Assembly (NCBI RefSeq): GCF_000283555.1
Contig: NC_016012.1
Location: 1,290,001-1,322,000, forward strand
DNA from: Candidatus Arthromitus sp. SFB-rat-Yit
GTDB taxonomy: Bacteria; Bacillota; Clostridia; Clostridiales; Clostridiaceae
Reading direction: 5' to 3'
DNA: 32,000 bases
Notes under the pieces: generated by a model
Database searches by the model: none
Told to the model about the DNA's origin: nothing
Seen by the model: the letters and a program-made list of their open reading frames with translations, nothing else
Part shown: in pieces, positions 1 to 8,931 of the stretch
Layout of the letters: each line of letters opens with the position of its first letter
Position numbering within the stretch: the first letter of the stretch is position 1
Position numbers and translations under genes: made by a program

Positions 1-227
1 AACCATATACAAGCTTTATAACATAAATTCCTATGATCTATAGGTATTTGAGGATTATCACACTCAATTTCTATAGATACCCCCTGAAATTCTTTATCAA
101 CTTTTAAATATATATCATCAAATAAATCAATCCTCTGAATTAACGTTTCAATATTATGGTATTCATCCTCTCTTTTACCTAAAATATTTAGGAAAATATT
201 AATTTTGCCATAGCTCCTTAGTTTCAT
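1..227 (-). CDS. ispE: 4-diphosphocytidyl-2-C-methyl-D-erythritol kinase (IspE), N-terminal ~75 codons; gene runs off the left edge
   Basis: The minus-strand frame is open to position 1. ATG at 225-227 is preceded by an AGGAGAG RBS. The translation MKLRSYGKINIFLNILGKREDEYHNIETLIQRIDLFDDIYLKV...HRNLCYKACIW matches the conserved IspE N-terminus (KINxxLxxxGKRxDxYH...IDLxD...N..YKA). It is absent from the ORF track because it is truncated. Confidence 0.8.
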   Translation of the reverse strand, partial: MKLRSYGKINIFLNILGKREDEYHNIETLIQRIDLFDDIYLKVDKEFQGVSIEIECDNPQIPIDHRNLCYKACIW

Positions 228-282
228 ATAACTCTCCTATTTATTATATAACTTATTAAATTATATAAAAAAGAATATTTAA

Positions 283-322
283 AATCAAAAAATAAATCAG
301 GGATACATTTAATTCCCTGATT
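283..322 (-). terminator. Rho-independent terminator after cphA
   Basis: On the minus strand the stem ATCAGGGA(A)...TCCCTGAT (296-303 pairs with 314-321) is followed by TTTATTTTTT. It lies immediately after the cphA TGA stop. Confidence 0.75.
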
Positions 323-326
323 GTTT

Positions 327-2927
327 TCAAGCTAACCCCTCTTTAGGAGTTATATTTTGTTTATCCAAAATCACTTTATATAATTTATCATAATCTTCAT
401 AAAACGCTACTATTAAATCACCTTGCTTAGCATTATCAATAGCTTCACTTAAAGCCTTCCCCTCATCAAGAATTATTTTAAAATTTTTATTATCCCCAAA
501 ACCTTGACTAATGATATTTGCAACTTCACTTTCCTGTCTTCCACGTTTGTTACTATCTTCTTTTATATAAGAAAATTCCAAATGCTTAGAACAAAGTTTT
601 CCAATTTCAAATCCAACGCTATCATTTCTATCCCCAGGTATCCCTATAACACCCGTAACTTTAGTATATCCCATATTTTTTATACTATTAAAAATAGCAT
701 TAAACCCTTGAATATTGTGAGCATAGTCTAAAATAACCTTTACTCCCTTAATATCAAATTGATTAAATCTACCCTTATTGTGCTTATCATCACATTGAAA
801 ACTCTTAAGACCTTTAGATATTATACAATAATCTATCTCAAGCCCGACTAGAGAGGCAGTTGCCGTAAGAACATTTTCTATATTATGTGTAAGTGCACCA
901 TTAAAGGTAATTGGTATATCCTTTAAATCCGCAATGTGAAATATACGTCTATTCATCTCGACATAAATAGAATCATTCGATATGTATACTCCATAATTTC
1001 CTTTATCTAAATTTTCCCTTAAAAATTCATTATCCTTATCTTTTGAAAATACTATTAAATTACCCTTTGCTCTAGATGATATTTTCCTACACATTTCGTC
1101 ATCAGCATTTATTATAGAATATCCATCAGGTTTAACAGCTTCTATAACTAAAGATTTTACATGTGCTAGTTCTTCTAAGGTATTAACACCATCTATACCC
1201 AAATGATCTTCACTTATATTTGTAATTACTCCAACATCCGCTAGGTCATAAGCCAAACCATTTCTTATAATTCCCCCACGAGCAGTTTCTAATACTGCAA
1301 CATCAACATCTTTATTTAATAATATACTTCTTGCACTAAAAAAACCAGTCATATCTCCTTTAGCTATACACTGATCATTCAAAAAAACTCCACTAGTTGT
1401 AGTCATACCAACAGTGTATCCAAGACCCCTTAATGTATGGGACACAATTCTAGTTGTAGTTGTCTTACCATTAGTACCAGTTATTGCGATAACTGGTATA
1501 CTTTTAGGAGAATTTTTAAATAATGAAGAAACAATAACATTTGCTACATCCCTAGGTGTACCTTCACTTGGGTAATGATGCATCCTAATTCCCGGAGCAG
1601 CATTCACCTCAACTATAACTCCATTATCATATAAAGGTTTTGAAACATCCATGCAACAAAGATCTATACCACAAATATTAAGCCCTATTGCCTTAGCTGC
1701 TCTTATACAAATATCAATATTCTCTTTACAAATTTTATCTGTATAGTCTTCAGATGTTCCGCCCGTAGACAAATTTGAATTCTCTCTTAATACCAATTCC
1801 TTACCATCTTCTAAAATACTATCTAATTTATATCCACTCTTAGATATACAAAAAATCAACTCGTTGTCTATCTTAATTTTTGTAAGAGGTTTCTCATGCC
1901 CATCCCCCCTATTTACATCAGAATTTAAAACTTCTATTAAATCTTTAATAGTTGAAACCCCATCTCCTGTAACCATAGGTGGTTTCCTTTTAGATACTGC
2001 AATTACTTCACCATCTACAACACAAACTCTATAGTCATATCCTTCAATATATTGTTCTATCATAATATCTTTATACTTTGATTTAATTTCATTATAGGCT
2101 TCTATAAGCTGTTTCTCATTCTTAATATTTAAATATACCCCTTTACCTTGATACCCAAATCTAGGCTTAAGTACAACTGGATATCCTATGGCCTCAGCTT
2201 CTATTAATAGCTCTAATTGACTGCTTATTTTATCTCCTTTTGCTACAGGTAAAAACTGCATATCTAAGAGCCTTTTAGTTAACACCTTATCACTTGCAAT
2301 ATCCACACTAATAGAACTCGTATTTGAATCTATTGTTGCTTGGATCATTTTACTATATCTTCCATATCCAAGTTGAAACATCGAATCATCATCAAATCTT
2401 ATAACAGGTATACCTTGCTTTTTTGCAGCTTCACAAAGTGATAAAGCACTCGGTCCTAAATTCTCATACTCCAATATATTTTTTATATCACGAACTCTCG
2501 AGTCTAAATCTATATATTTCTTCGATATCAAAGAATTTATCAAATCTATAGCAAGTCTAACTATAGCCAATGCTGTTTTTTTGTAAATATACTCAAAAAC
2601 AACATAATAAAAATCTCCTTTAATTTCCCTAGCCTTACCATAGGCTATTTCCAATCCAACTCTACTATGTAACGCAATAATAGTGTGCTCACATACGTGA
2701 GCCAAATAAGTTCCTTCTCTTAATCTTTTTACAAACCCATGGTCCTCATCTATTCCACATCTATGTTCCCAAATCTCTGGCAATAGCTCTATCAATTTAT
2801 CATTAAATCCATCTATATCTTTACTAGGTGTTTCACAATATCCTTGTAAATCTACATCCATTCTGACCACTTTTCTATGAGAGTAAATATTTTTCCCCTC
2901 ATAAACTCTGTAATTTAAAATTTTCAT
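327..2927 (-). CDS. cphA: Cyanophycin synthetase
   Basis: 866 aa. It has an N-terminal ATP-grasp part and a C-terminal Mur-ligase-type part with the P-loop GTNGKTTTTR. The MKILNYRVYEGKNIYS start and the length are typical of CphA. Its ATG overlaps the cphB stop (TAATG). Confidence 0.95.
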   Translation of the reverse strand: MKILNYRVYEGKNIYSHRKVVRMDVDLQGYCETPSKDIDGFNDKLIELLPEIWEHRCGIDEDHGFVKRLREGTYLAHVCEHTIIALHSRVGLEIAYGKAREIKGDFYYVVFEYIYKKTALAIVRLAIDLINSLISKKYIDLDSRVRDIKNILEYENLGPSALSLCEAAKKQGIPVIRFDDDSMFQLGYGRYSKMIQATIDSNTSSISVDIASDKVLTKRLLDMQFLPVAKGDKISSQLELLIEAEAIGYPVVLKPRFGYQGKGVYLNIKNEKQLIEAYNEIKSKYKDIMIEQYIEGYDYRVCVVDGEVIAVSKRKPPMVTGDGVSTIKDLIEVLNSDVNRGDGHEKPLTKIKIDNELIFCISKSGYKLDSILEDGKELVLRENSNLSTGGTSEDYTDKICKENIDICIRAAKAIGLNICGIDLCCMDVSKPLYDNGVIVEVNAAPGIRMHHYPSEGTPRDVANVIVSSLFKNSPKSIPVIAITGTNGKTTTTRIVSHTLRGLGYTVGMTTTSGVFLNDQCIAKGDMTGFFSARSILLNKDVDVAVLETARGGIIRNGLAYDLADVGVITNISEDHLGIDGVNTLEELAHVKSLVIEAVKPDGYSIINADDEMCRKISSRAKGNLIVFSKDKDNEFLRENLDKGNYGVYISNDSIYVEMNRRIFHIADLKDIPITFNGALTHNIENVLTATASLVGLEIDYCIISKGLKSFQCDDKHNKGRFNQFDIKGVKVILDYAHNIQGFNAIFNSIKNMGYTKVTGVIGIPGDRNDSVGFEIGKLCSKHLEFSYIKEDSNKRGRQESEVANIISQGFGDNKNFKIILDEGKALSEAIDNAKQGDLIVAFYEDYDKLYKVILDKQNITPKEGLA

Positions 2928-3748
2928 TATTTTACTCTTTCCTCCTCAAGTGGTTGCTTTTTATTTAAATCAAAGCAATTTCCACTTTTTAAAACATGCA
3001 TTTTAACATTGAATAAACTCAAAGGAACTTCGTTTTCTTGCTCTAACAAACTACTATAAGTTAAATATCTTCCATCTATTATATAAACTGCTCCAGAACC
3101 TATAACACTAAAATACCCTTCTTTCTTATTTACTACTATTGCTGTATCTTCATCTATACCAATACCCAGAACACTCGGATTCTCCGCAATAGCTCCTAAT
3201 AATCTTCCTATTCTCCCTCTTTGGGCAAAATGTTGATCTATCATAACTCCTTGCATAAAACCAAATCCTGGGCATTTAGATAAATTATTCTTCCTTGGTG
3301 ATTCTTCGTCAGGTCCTCTAACAATCATAGTTTCACTCATAACTGATGCTCCTGCAGAAGTACCAGCAAATATGCCTCCATTATCATGAAATCTCCTCAT
3401 CTCTTCATATAAAGGAGTACCCCCTACTAAACTAGTTATTTTAAGCTGATTACCGCCTGTAAAAAATATCAATGAGGATTTCTTTACCATATCTAACAAA
3501 TCCTGATCATCGCATTGATCTCTAGAGGAAACATCTAAAATTTCAATATTTTTAACTCCAAGCTCATGGAATAAATTTTTGTAATCATATCCAATTTCTT
3601 TCCCTAAATCAGAAGCTAATGTAGAAACTATCATAGTATCTCTTTCTTTATCAATCATATTTGAAACTCTTCTTAATATTTCTCTGCTCCCACTCTTATC
3701 TTCTGCTCCACCAATAATTATAAGTTCACCCTTAATACCATAACTCAT
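2927..3748 (-). CDS. cphB: Cyanophycinase (peptidase S51)
   Basis: 273 aa. It has IIGGAEDK near the N-terminus and a GTSAGASVMS nucleophile-Ser motif. It is translationally coupled to cphA, which lies downstream. Confidence 0.9.
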   Translation of the reverse strand: MSYGIKGELIIIGGAEDKSGSREILRRVSNMIDKERDTMIVSTLASDLGKEIGYDYKNLFHELGVKNIEILDVSSRDQCDDQDLLDMVKKSSLIFFTGGNQLKITSLVGGTPLYEEMRRFHDNGGIFAGTSAGASVMSETMIVRGPDEESPRKNNLSKCPGFGFMQGVMIDQHFAQRGRIGRLLGAIAENPSVLGIGIDEDTAIVVNKKEGYFSVIGSGAVYIIDGRYLTYSSLLEQENEVPLSLFNVKMHVLKSGNCFDLNKKQPLEEERVK

Positions 3749-3883
3749 TAACTTCTCACCTCATGTACTTTAATATTTTTAACCACTATAAAAAATAATA
3801 TTCATAATTTTCTAATAATCCTTATATACCATTTCTAAAAAAGCTATGTTTATTGTGTACACTTTTTAAATAAAAATTCATAT

Positions 3884-3913
3884 CAAAAAAAGAGTGTAGC
3901 ATTCGCTACACTC
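3884..3913 (-). terminator. Rho-independent terminator after the SipL-like gene
   Basis: A 10-bp GC-containing stem AGAGTGTAGC/GCTACACTCT (3891-3900 pairs with 3904-3913) is followed on the minus strand by a T7 run. Confidence 0.8.
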
Positions 3914-3917
3914 TTAC

Positions 3918-5465
3918 TTAAAATACAGCTTTAGATGGAAGCAACAATTTACATCCAACTATTTCATCTTCCTGATCTAAATTATTAATCCTACATATAT
4001 CTTCTATTGAAACACAATATTTCTTAGCTATACTCCACAATGTATCATCTTCTCCTGTAATATATATTATAACACTACATTCTTTAAGAGGAGTTTCTTC
4101 TTGAGTTTTATACATATCAACTAATATATCCCTTTTAATTTCAGAATTAATGTAAACCCTTATATTTATAACCGCCTTTATTCCTATAGTCTTAGCCTCA
4201 ATAAAAGCTTCAATATTTTCCAAGTTCTCATTAATCACTGCATCCATATCTATTTTAATATTTTCATCATCAAAATTAGTAGTAAATGGAATAGCTTGTA
4301 CCACATTTAAAAATTGTCCTTCGCTATTTTTATATATAACCTCAGTATTTATAACACCTTCTATTACAAGTTTACCTTCCAAAACTTTCTTATTAAGTAT
4401 ATTGCACACACCAGTAGTATAAATTATAGAAACTGGAACATCTTCTACATTTATATTATCTTTAATTATCGTATCTATATTACCATGTGATTCTACATTA
4501 TTAATTTTATAATTATTTTTAACTAAATTTACTGAATAATTTTTACTATAAGCATCATCTATTATAGAAAGTATATTCTTACTTAAAACTTTAAGATTAC
4601 ATCTTATATTAATGTAACTATTTATAATCCTACTTTCTCCTGACTCATCCTCATCTATCATATACTCAAATCCAATCACATCCCAATTATATACTGGAAT
4701 CATGCTTGAATCTATACCATCTACATCACAATCTTTAGTTAAATATATATCTTGCTCTAAATAATTTAAATTATCAGAATTAACTTCTTTATATAATACT
4801 TTGACTTTACAATAAGCATTATATGTTATTTTATTATCTAAAAGTTTGCATTCTGTTTTGTATATATACGAATCACATATTAATATCTTTCCAATATCCC
4901 CCTTATCTAAAGGAACATTTATAGATGTTTCATTAATTAGTTCCTCTGTAAATGTACCTTTTAGTTCACATACTTCTAATTCTTTCATCAAAAACTGTAT
5001 ATCATCTTGATCTTCAATATCACTTACAATATCTACATCTAATATTTCATTCGAATTTGAACTAAATTTCAAATTAGCTTCTATGCTAATTTTTCTTTCA
5101 TTTAATAATAAGAATTTTTTATCTGAAACATTTACTTTAATATTATACAAATTTTCTTTTCTCATACCAACACTTTCAATATACAAATTAAACTTATCAG
5201 AATAAGAAACATTATATGTATTATTTTTTTCATCATCTACTGCAACATAAACAATACTATATACTAATTCTCCCTCTACAAATATTTTATCTAAAAATGC
5301 TTCAGTATTGGTAATTCTAGGTTTTACTTCTATTAATAATATTTTATCTACATCTGGATGAGTATCTGGAATTAAATATTCACCTTTAACTACAAAATCA
5401 TTGTGCCCTTCTATATTTTTACATTCATAACTAATTTTTTGTTTTATCAAATTTATCTCTTCCAC
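3918..5465 (-). CDS. sipL: SipL-like spore morphogenetic protein (long beta-rich N-terminal region plus C-terminal LysM)
   Basis: 515 aa with a GTG start 8 nt after GGAGG. The C-terminal LysM signature is GEDDTLWSIAKKYCVSIEDICRINNL...LLLP. The size, the LysM-at-C-terminus architecture and the position next to veg and yabG match my recollection of Clostridioides difficile SipL. Only the LysM motif is read directly from the sequence; the rest rests on architecture and synteny. Confidence 0.6.
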   Translation of the reverse strand: MEEINLIKQKISYECKNIEGHNDFVVKGEYLIPDTHPDVDKILLIEVKPRITNTEAFLDKIFVEGELVYSIVYVAVDDEKNNTYNVSYSDKFNLYIESVGMRKENLYNIKVNVSDKKFLLLNERKISIEANLKFSSNSNEILDVDIVSDIEDQDDIQFLMKELEVCELKGTFTEELINETSINVPLDKGDIGKILICDSYIYKTECKLLDNKITYNAYCKVKVLYKEVNSDNLNYLEQDIYLTKDCDVDGIDSSMIPVYNWDVIGFEYMIDEDESGESRIINSYINIRCNLKVLSKNILSIIDDAYSKNYSVNLVKNNYKINNVESHGNIDTIIKDNINVEDVPVSIIYTTGVCNILNKKVLEGKLVIEGVINTEVIYKNSEGQFLNVVQAIPFTTNFDDENIKIDMDAVINENLENIEAFIEAKTIGIKAVINIRVYINSEIKRDILVDMYKTQEETPLKECSVIIYITGEDDTLWSIAKKYCVSIEDICRINNLDQEDEIVGCKLLLPSKAVF

Positions 5466-5534
5466 TTTCTTACCTCCACGATTTAATTAATATATAATTA
5501 TTAATGTAAAAATAAAAATATTACCTTTTAACAT

Positions 5535-5571
5535 AAAAAAATTTAGGTTTATCCTCAAAGATAAACCTAAA
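5535..5571 (-). terminator. Rho-independent terminator after veg
   Basis: The stem TTTAGGTTTAT/ATAAACCTAAA (5542-5552 pairs with 5561-5571) is followed on the minus strand by a T7 run. Confidence 0.7.
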
Positions 5572-5614
5572 CTTAAAAATATCCTATATCATAACCTACA
5601 TATCCTAATAAGTA

Positions 5615-5851
5615 TTAACTAGCATAAACTATCTGAACAGTATTAGTCAATACATCAGAATAACTATATGTTACTATTCGTTGGGTGTCATTCTTTAATC
5701 TTATCAAAAAGATACTATGATATGTTTTTTCTATAGTACCTTCATTTATAAAGACTTTTCTTCTTCCTCCGCTAGCTCTTAATGTTACTTTATGACCAAC
5801 GTGATCTTCTATGTCCTTTTTTATGGATGCTAGTGTCTTAAATCCATCCAA
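5615..5851 (-). CDS. veg: Veg (small DNA-binding, biofilm-stimulating protein)
   Basis: LASIKKDIEDHVGHKVTLRASGGRRKVFINEGTIEKTYHSIFLIRL...YSYSDVLTNTVQI matches the Veg family. The track start (TTG at 5905) adds an implausible hydrophobic extension. A TTG at 5851 sits 9 nt after GAGG (AGAAAGAGGGTGTTAAATTTG) and gives a ~78 aa product of normal Veg size. Confidence 0.9.
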   Translation of the reverse strand: MDGFKTLASIKKDIEDHVGHKVTLRASGGRRKVFINEGTIEKTYHSIFLIRLKNDTQRIVTYSYSDVLTNTVQIVYAS

Positions 5852-5948
5852 ATTTAACACCCTCTTTCTAACTACAATTATAACATAAATGCATACTGTT
5901 GTCAAAATTTACCATTTAAATAGTATGCAAAATATTATATTAACCTAT

Positions 5949-6851
5949 TTAACACAAAAAAGATCTAGGAAATCCTTCTCTATACTTACCTCTTGTTTGT
6001 ATCCCACCAATGCCATTAAATCCAGTTATAGTTTCACTAACAATATCACTTATTTTAATTGTTTTATCAATGGACGTATTAAAAATCTTAGAACACACAA
6101 AAACTGGATCTAAACAATGCACTAAAATTCTTCCAGGAGATGTTGCAAAATTAGCTCCAACAGAAATTAAAGCCTCATAACAACTCTGACAAGCACCTGC
6201 AAATATAACTAAATCATCCAAATTCTTTTCATACGCCCTTAGTTTCGAAACACTTTCTACAAAATATTTAGAATTCTTATAGCAATTTAAATCCATATAA
6301 TCCACTATATTTTTACTCATACTATCATGACCTGTTAAAACCACAATATCCGGCTTGTAAAATTTAACTAGATCTAATATTACATCTGGTTGTTTACTTT
6401 CTTCAATGCATTCACCACAAGCATTAACAAAAACACTTTTATAAACTTCCATACATTTATTTAAATATTCATGATCCCCATCTACATGTAAAACCTTACC
6501 ACTTTTACCAAATGTTAGACCTTTTTTTTTATTTATTTTAAGACTTCTATTCTCAATATTCTTAGTGCTATTACGATAATTTCTACACTTAAATCTGTAA
6601 TCTAAATCTTTGCTCTTACTAATGGCTTGTTTAAGCTTTTCCTTCACTAATTGAGATAAATTATCTTCATATTTATTATCTACAATTTCTAAATCTTCTT
6701 CAAAAGCATCGGCTATGATCCTTATACTTTTCCCCTTTAATACAAAAACAATTTCCCCATTAATATCTTTAATATCAACTATCTTAAACTCTATATCTTT
6801 ACTGTAAGATTTTCTAACTACTATATCCCCTATTTCCATAAAATCTTCCAT
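5949..6851 (-). CDS. yabG: Sporulation-specific protease YabG (peptidase U57)
   Basis: 300 aa. It has the MEIGDIVVRKSYSKDIEFKI N-terminus, the VVLTGHD motif and a conserved C-terminal half typical of YabG. The true start may be the second ATG at 6839 (MEIGD...). Confidence 0.9.
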   Translation of the reverse strand: MEDFMEIGDIVVRKSYSKDIEFKIVDIKDINGEIVFVLKGKSIRIIADAFEEDLEIVDNKYEDNLSQLVKEKLKQAISKSKDLDYRFKCRNYRNSTKNIENRSLKINKKKGLTFGKSGKVLHVDGDHEYLNKCMEVYKSVFVNACGECIEESKQPDVILDLVKFYKPDIVVLTGHDSMSKNIVDYMDLNCYKNSKYFVESVSKLRAYEKNLDDLVIFAGACQSCYEALISVGANFATSPGRILVHCLDPVFVCSKIFNTSIDKTIKISDIVSETITGFNGIGGIQTRGKYREGFPRSFLC

Positions 6852-6854
6852 ATC

Positions 6855-6893
6855 AATAAATATTTACTTTAAATTATGTAGTAAATATTTATT
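6855..6893. repeat. Perfect 14-bp inverted repeat between fabI stop and yabG start (AT-rich hairpin; weak terminator or operator)
   Basis: AATAAATATTTACT (6855-6868) is the exact reverse complement of AGTAAATATTTATT (6880-6893), with an 11-nt loop. There is no T-run after it on the minus strand. Confidence 0.35.
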
Positions 6894-6902
6894 TTGTTAC
6901 AA

Positions 6903-7688
6903 TTATATAGTATTTCTTCCACCCAAAATATTAAATCCTGAGTCTACATGTATTATTTCACCAGTTATACCTCTTGATAAATCACTTATTAAAAATAATG
7001 CAGTATCTCCTACTTCAGATGGATCAGTCAAACGTCTAAGAGGAGATTGTTTCTCTATCTCATCTAATATTAAATTAAAATCAGAAACTCCCTTAGCTGA
7101 TAGTGTTTTTATTGGACCTGCAGAAATAGCATTAATCCTTATATTTTTACGACCTAAATCATTAGCCAAATATTTAACACTCATATCAAGAGATGCCTTA
7201 GCTACACCCATAACATTATAATTTGGAACAACTTTTTCACTTCCATAATATGTAAGAGTAACGATACTTCCACCTTCGGTCATATATTGCTCAGCTTCTT
7301 TTATAACACCTGTAAGAGAATATGCACTTACATTTTGAGCTATCAAAAATCCTTCTCTAGTAGTATTTAAATATTCCCCTTTTAACTCATCTTTATTTGC
7401 AAATGCTATAGAATGAACTATGCCATGTATTACACCAACCTTTTCTGATATAGTCTTAAAACAATTGCGTATACTTTCATCACTTGTTACATCACACTCA
7501 ACTATCAAACTATTTTCAGAAAGTGAATTAGATAATTTATCTATATTATTTCTAAATTTTTCATTAACATATGTAAAAATTACATTAGCATTAGCATTAT
7601 TAAGAGATTTAGCTATATGCCAAGCTATGCTAAAATTGTTTGCAACTCCCATAACAACTATATTTTTATTATTCAAATTTATATCCAT
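6903..7688 (-). CDS. fabI: Enoyl-[acyl-carrier-protein] reductase (NADH), FabI
   Basis: It has the SDR fold with MGVANNFSIAWHIAKSL, ...YNVMGVAKASLD... and a GPIKTLSA lid. I moved the start to the ATG at 7688 (MDINLNNKNIVVMG), which is preceded by GAGGAGG plus 6 nt. The track start TTG at 7703 lies inside that RBS. Confidence 0.9.
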   Translation of the reverse strand: MDINLNNKNIVVMGVANNFSIAWHIAKSLNNANANVIFTYVNEKFRNNIDKLSNSLSENSLIVECDVTSDESIRNCFKTISEKVGVIHGIVHSIAFANKDELKGEYLNTTREGFLIAQNVSAYSLTGVIKEAEQYMTEGGSIVTLTYYGSEKVVPNYNVMGVAKASLDMSVKYLANDLGRKNIRINAISAGPIKTLSAKGVSDFNLILDEIEKQSPLRRLTDPSEVGDTALFLISDLSRGITGEIIHVDSGFNILGGRNTI

Positions 7689-7770
7689 AACAATCCTCCT
7701 CAAAACTAATGTTAATAAACCCCTATTCTACTTACTAAAATAGTACAATTAATTATAATTAAAAGTCAAC

Positions 7771-7805
7771 AAAAAAATTAAAACGTGTAATATTATACAC
7801 GTTTT
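7771..7805 (-). terminator. Rho-independent terminator overlapping the cotS-family stop codon
   Basis: The stem AAAACGTGTA/TACACGTTTT (7780-7789 pairs with 7796-7805) is followed on the minus strand by AATTTTTTT. Confidence 0.7.
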
Positions 7806-8811
7806 AATCTAATTTTATTAAAAATTCTTTTTCGAAATTATATATGAAATTCATATAATTTTCTCTCTCATTTATTAATTTATCTAGTTGAGTTAAAAAT
7901 ACATTTTGTCTAATAAGCAAATCATTATAAAAATATCTGTTACACACTCTCCAAAACCTCTGAGGAAATAACAAAAAACCATATATCAAAAATATATCTT
8001 CATATCTAAGTTTTAAACTACTATTATAATGCTCAATTATACTTTTACAGATATTTATATCCCAATCATTTTTTTTAAGTACTTTCACTATATAATTTGC
8101 TACATCATAACTCCTCACTTCCCTTTTACAGTAATCAAAATCTAAAATATTTATATTATCTTGATTATCTATGATTATATTATGATACGTGTAATCATGA
8201 TGACAAAAACTCTTCTCATCTTCAATTTCCCTACAAATATCATAATATTTAGATTTCTCAAAGATATTATATGCCTTCTTAGCCATTTCCTTATAAAATT
8301 CATAGTTTTTAATGTAAATCATATCTACATCATTTTTAATACCCTTCTTTCTAACTATATCCCTCATCTTATCAAATGATCTTATTCTCTTGTTCATAAT
8401 ACTTGGCCATCTATCCAAATCACTTTTAAGTTTTGAGTGCTCTGGTGGATCATATCCTTTAGATGCTATATGAAGATTTGCAAGAACTTTTGCAGATTTA
8501 CTTACATCATCAATATTTAAAAAATCACATTCTCGACCATCTATCCAATTTGACAATGTATATATATCCTCATTTACTATAGCATATGGATTTCCTTCTA
8601 TATTTAAACAAAATCTATCTATATTTTTAAATCCATTATTTATCAAATGCTCCTTTGCTCCATATATGAAAAGCAATTTTTGTATTCCATATGATACTTT
8701 TTTTAGGCACATTTCTCCTTTATTTGTGTTTAAAAAATAAATTCCCCTATTAGGCTTTATTCTCTCTATTTTTAAATCAAATTGCCTTTCTATTTCAAAT
8801 TCTCTCATCAT
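7804..8811 (-). CDS. CotS-family spore coat protein (protein-kinase-like fold)
   Basis: 335 aa. The kinase-like catalytic and Mg motifs CHHDYTYHNIII and ILDFDYC, and the overall length, are typical of the CotS/YtaA family. Confidence 0.8.
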   Translation of the reverse strand: MMREFEIERQFDLKIERIKPNRGIYFLNTNKGEMCLKKVSYGIQKLLFIYGAKEHLINNGFKNIDRFCLNIEGNPYAIVNEDIYTLSNWIDGRECDFLNIDDVSKSAKVLANLHIASKGYDPPEHSKLKSDLDRWPSIMNKRIRSFDKMRDIVRKKGIKNDVDMIYIKNYEFYKEMAKKAYNIFEKSKYYDICREIEDEKSFCHHDYTYHNIIIDNQDNINILDFDYCKREVRSYDVANYIVKVLKKNDWDINICKSIIEHYNSSLKLRYEDIFLIYGFLLFPQRFWRVCNRYFYNDLLIRQNVFLTQLDKLINERENYMNFIYNFEKEFLIKLD

Positions 8812-8931
8812 AATTCTCTCTTCACCTCCTTTATATCATTATGACTAAGCACTAATAATTATTATTTTGATTAACAATTTAAATTAAATTTAATATTATG
8901 AAACTATAATTTTTAAAGTAAAGGTATTTAT

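Noticed and set aside
8812-8931. A sigma-K-like -10 (CATAATGATA) upstream of the cotS-family gene.
   Set aside because: The spacing does not fit CATA-N3-TA, and no appropriately spaced AC -35 element is present. The AT-rich context makes such partial matches uninformative without a PWM.
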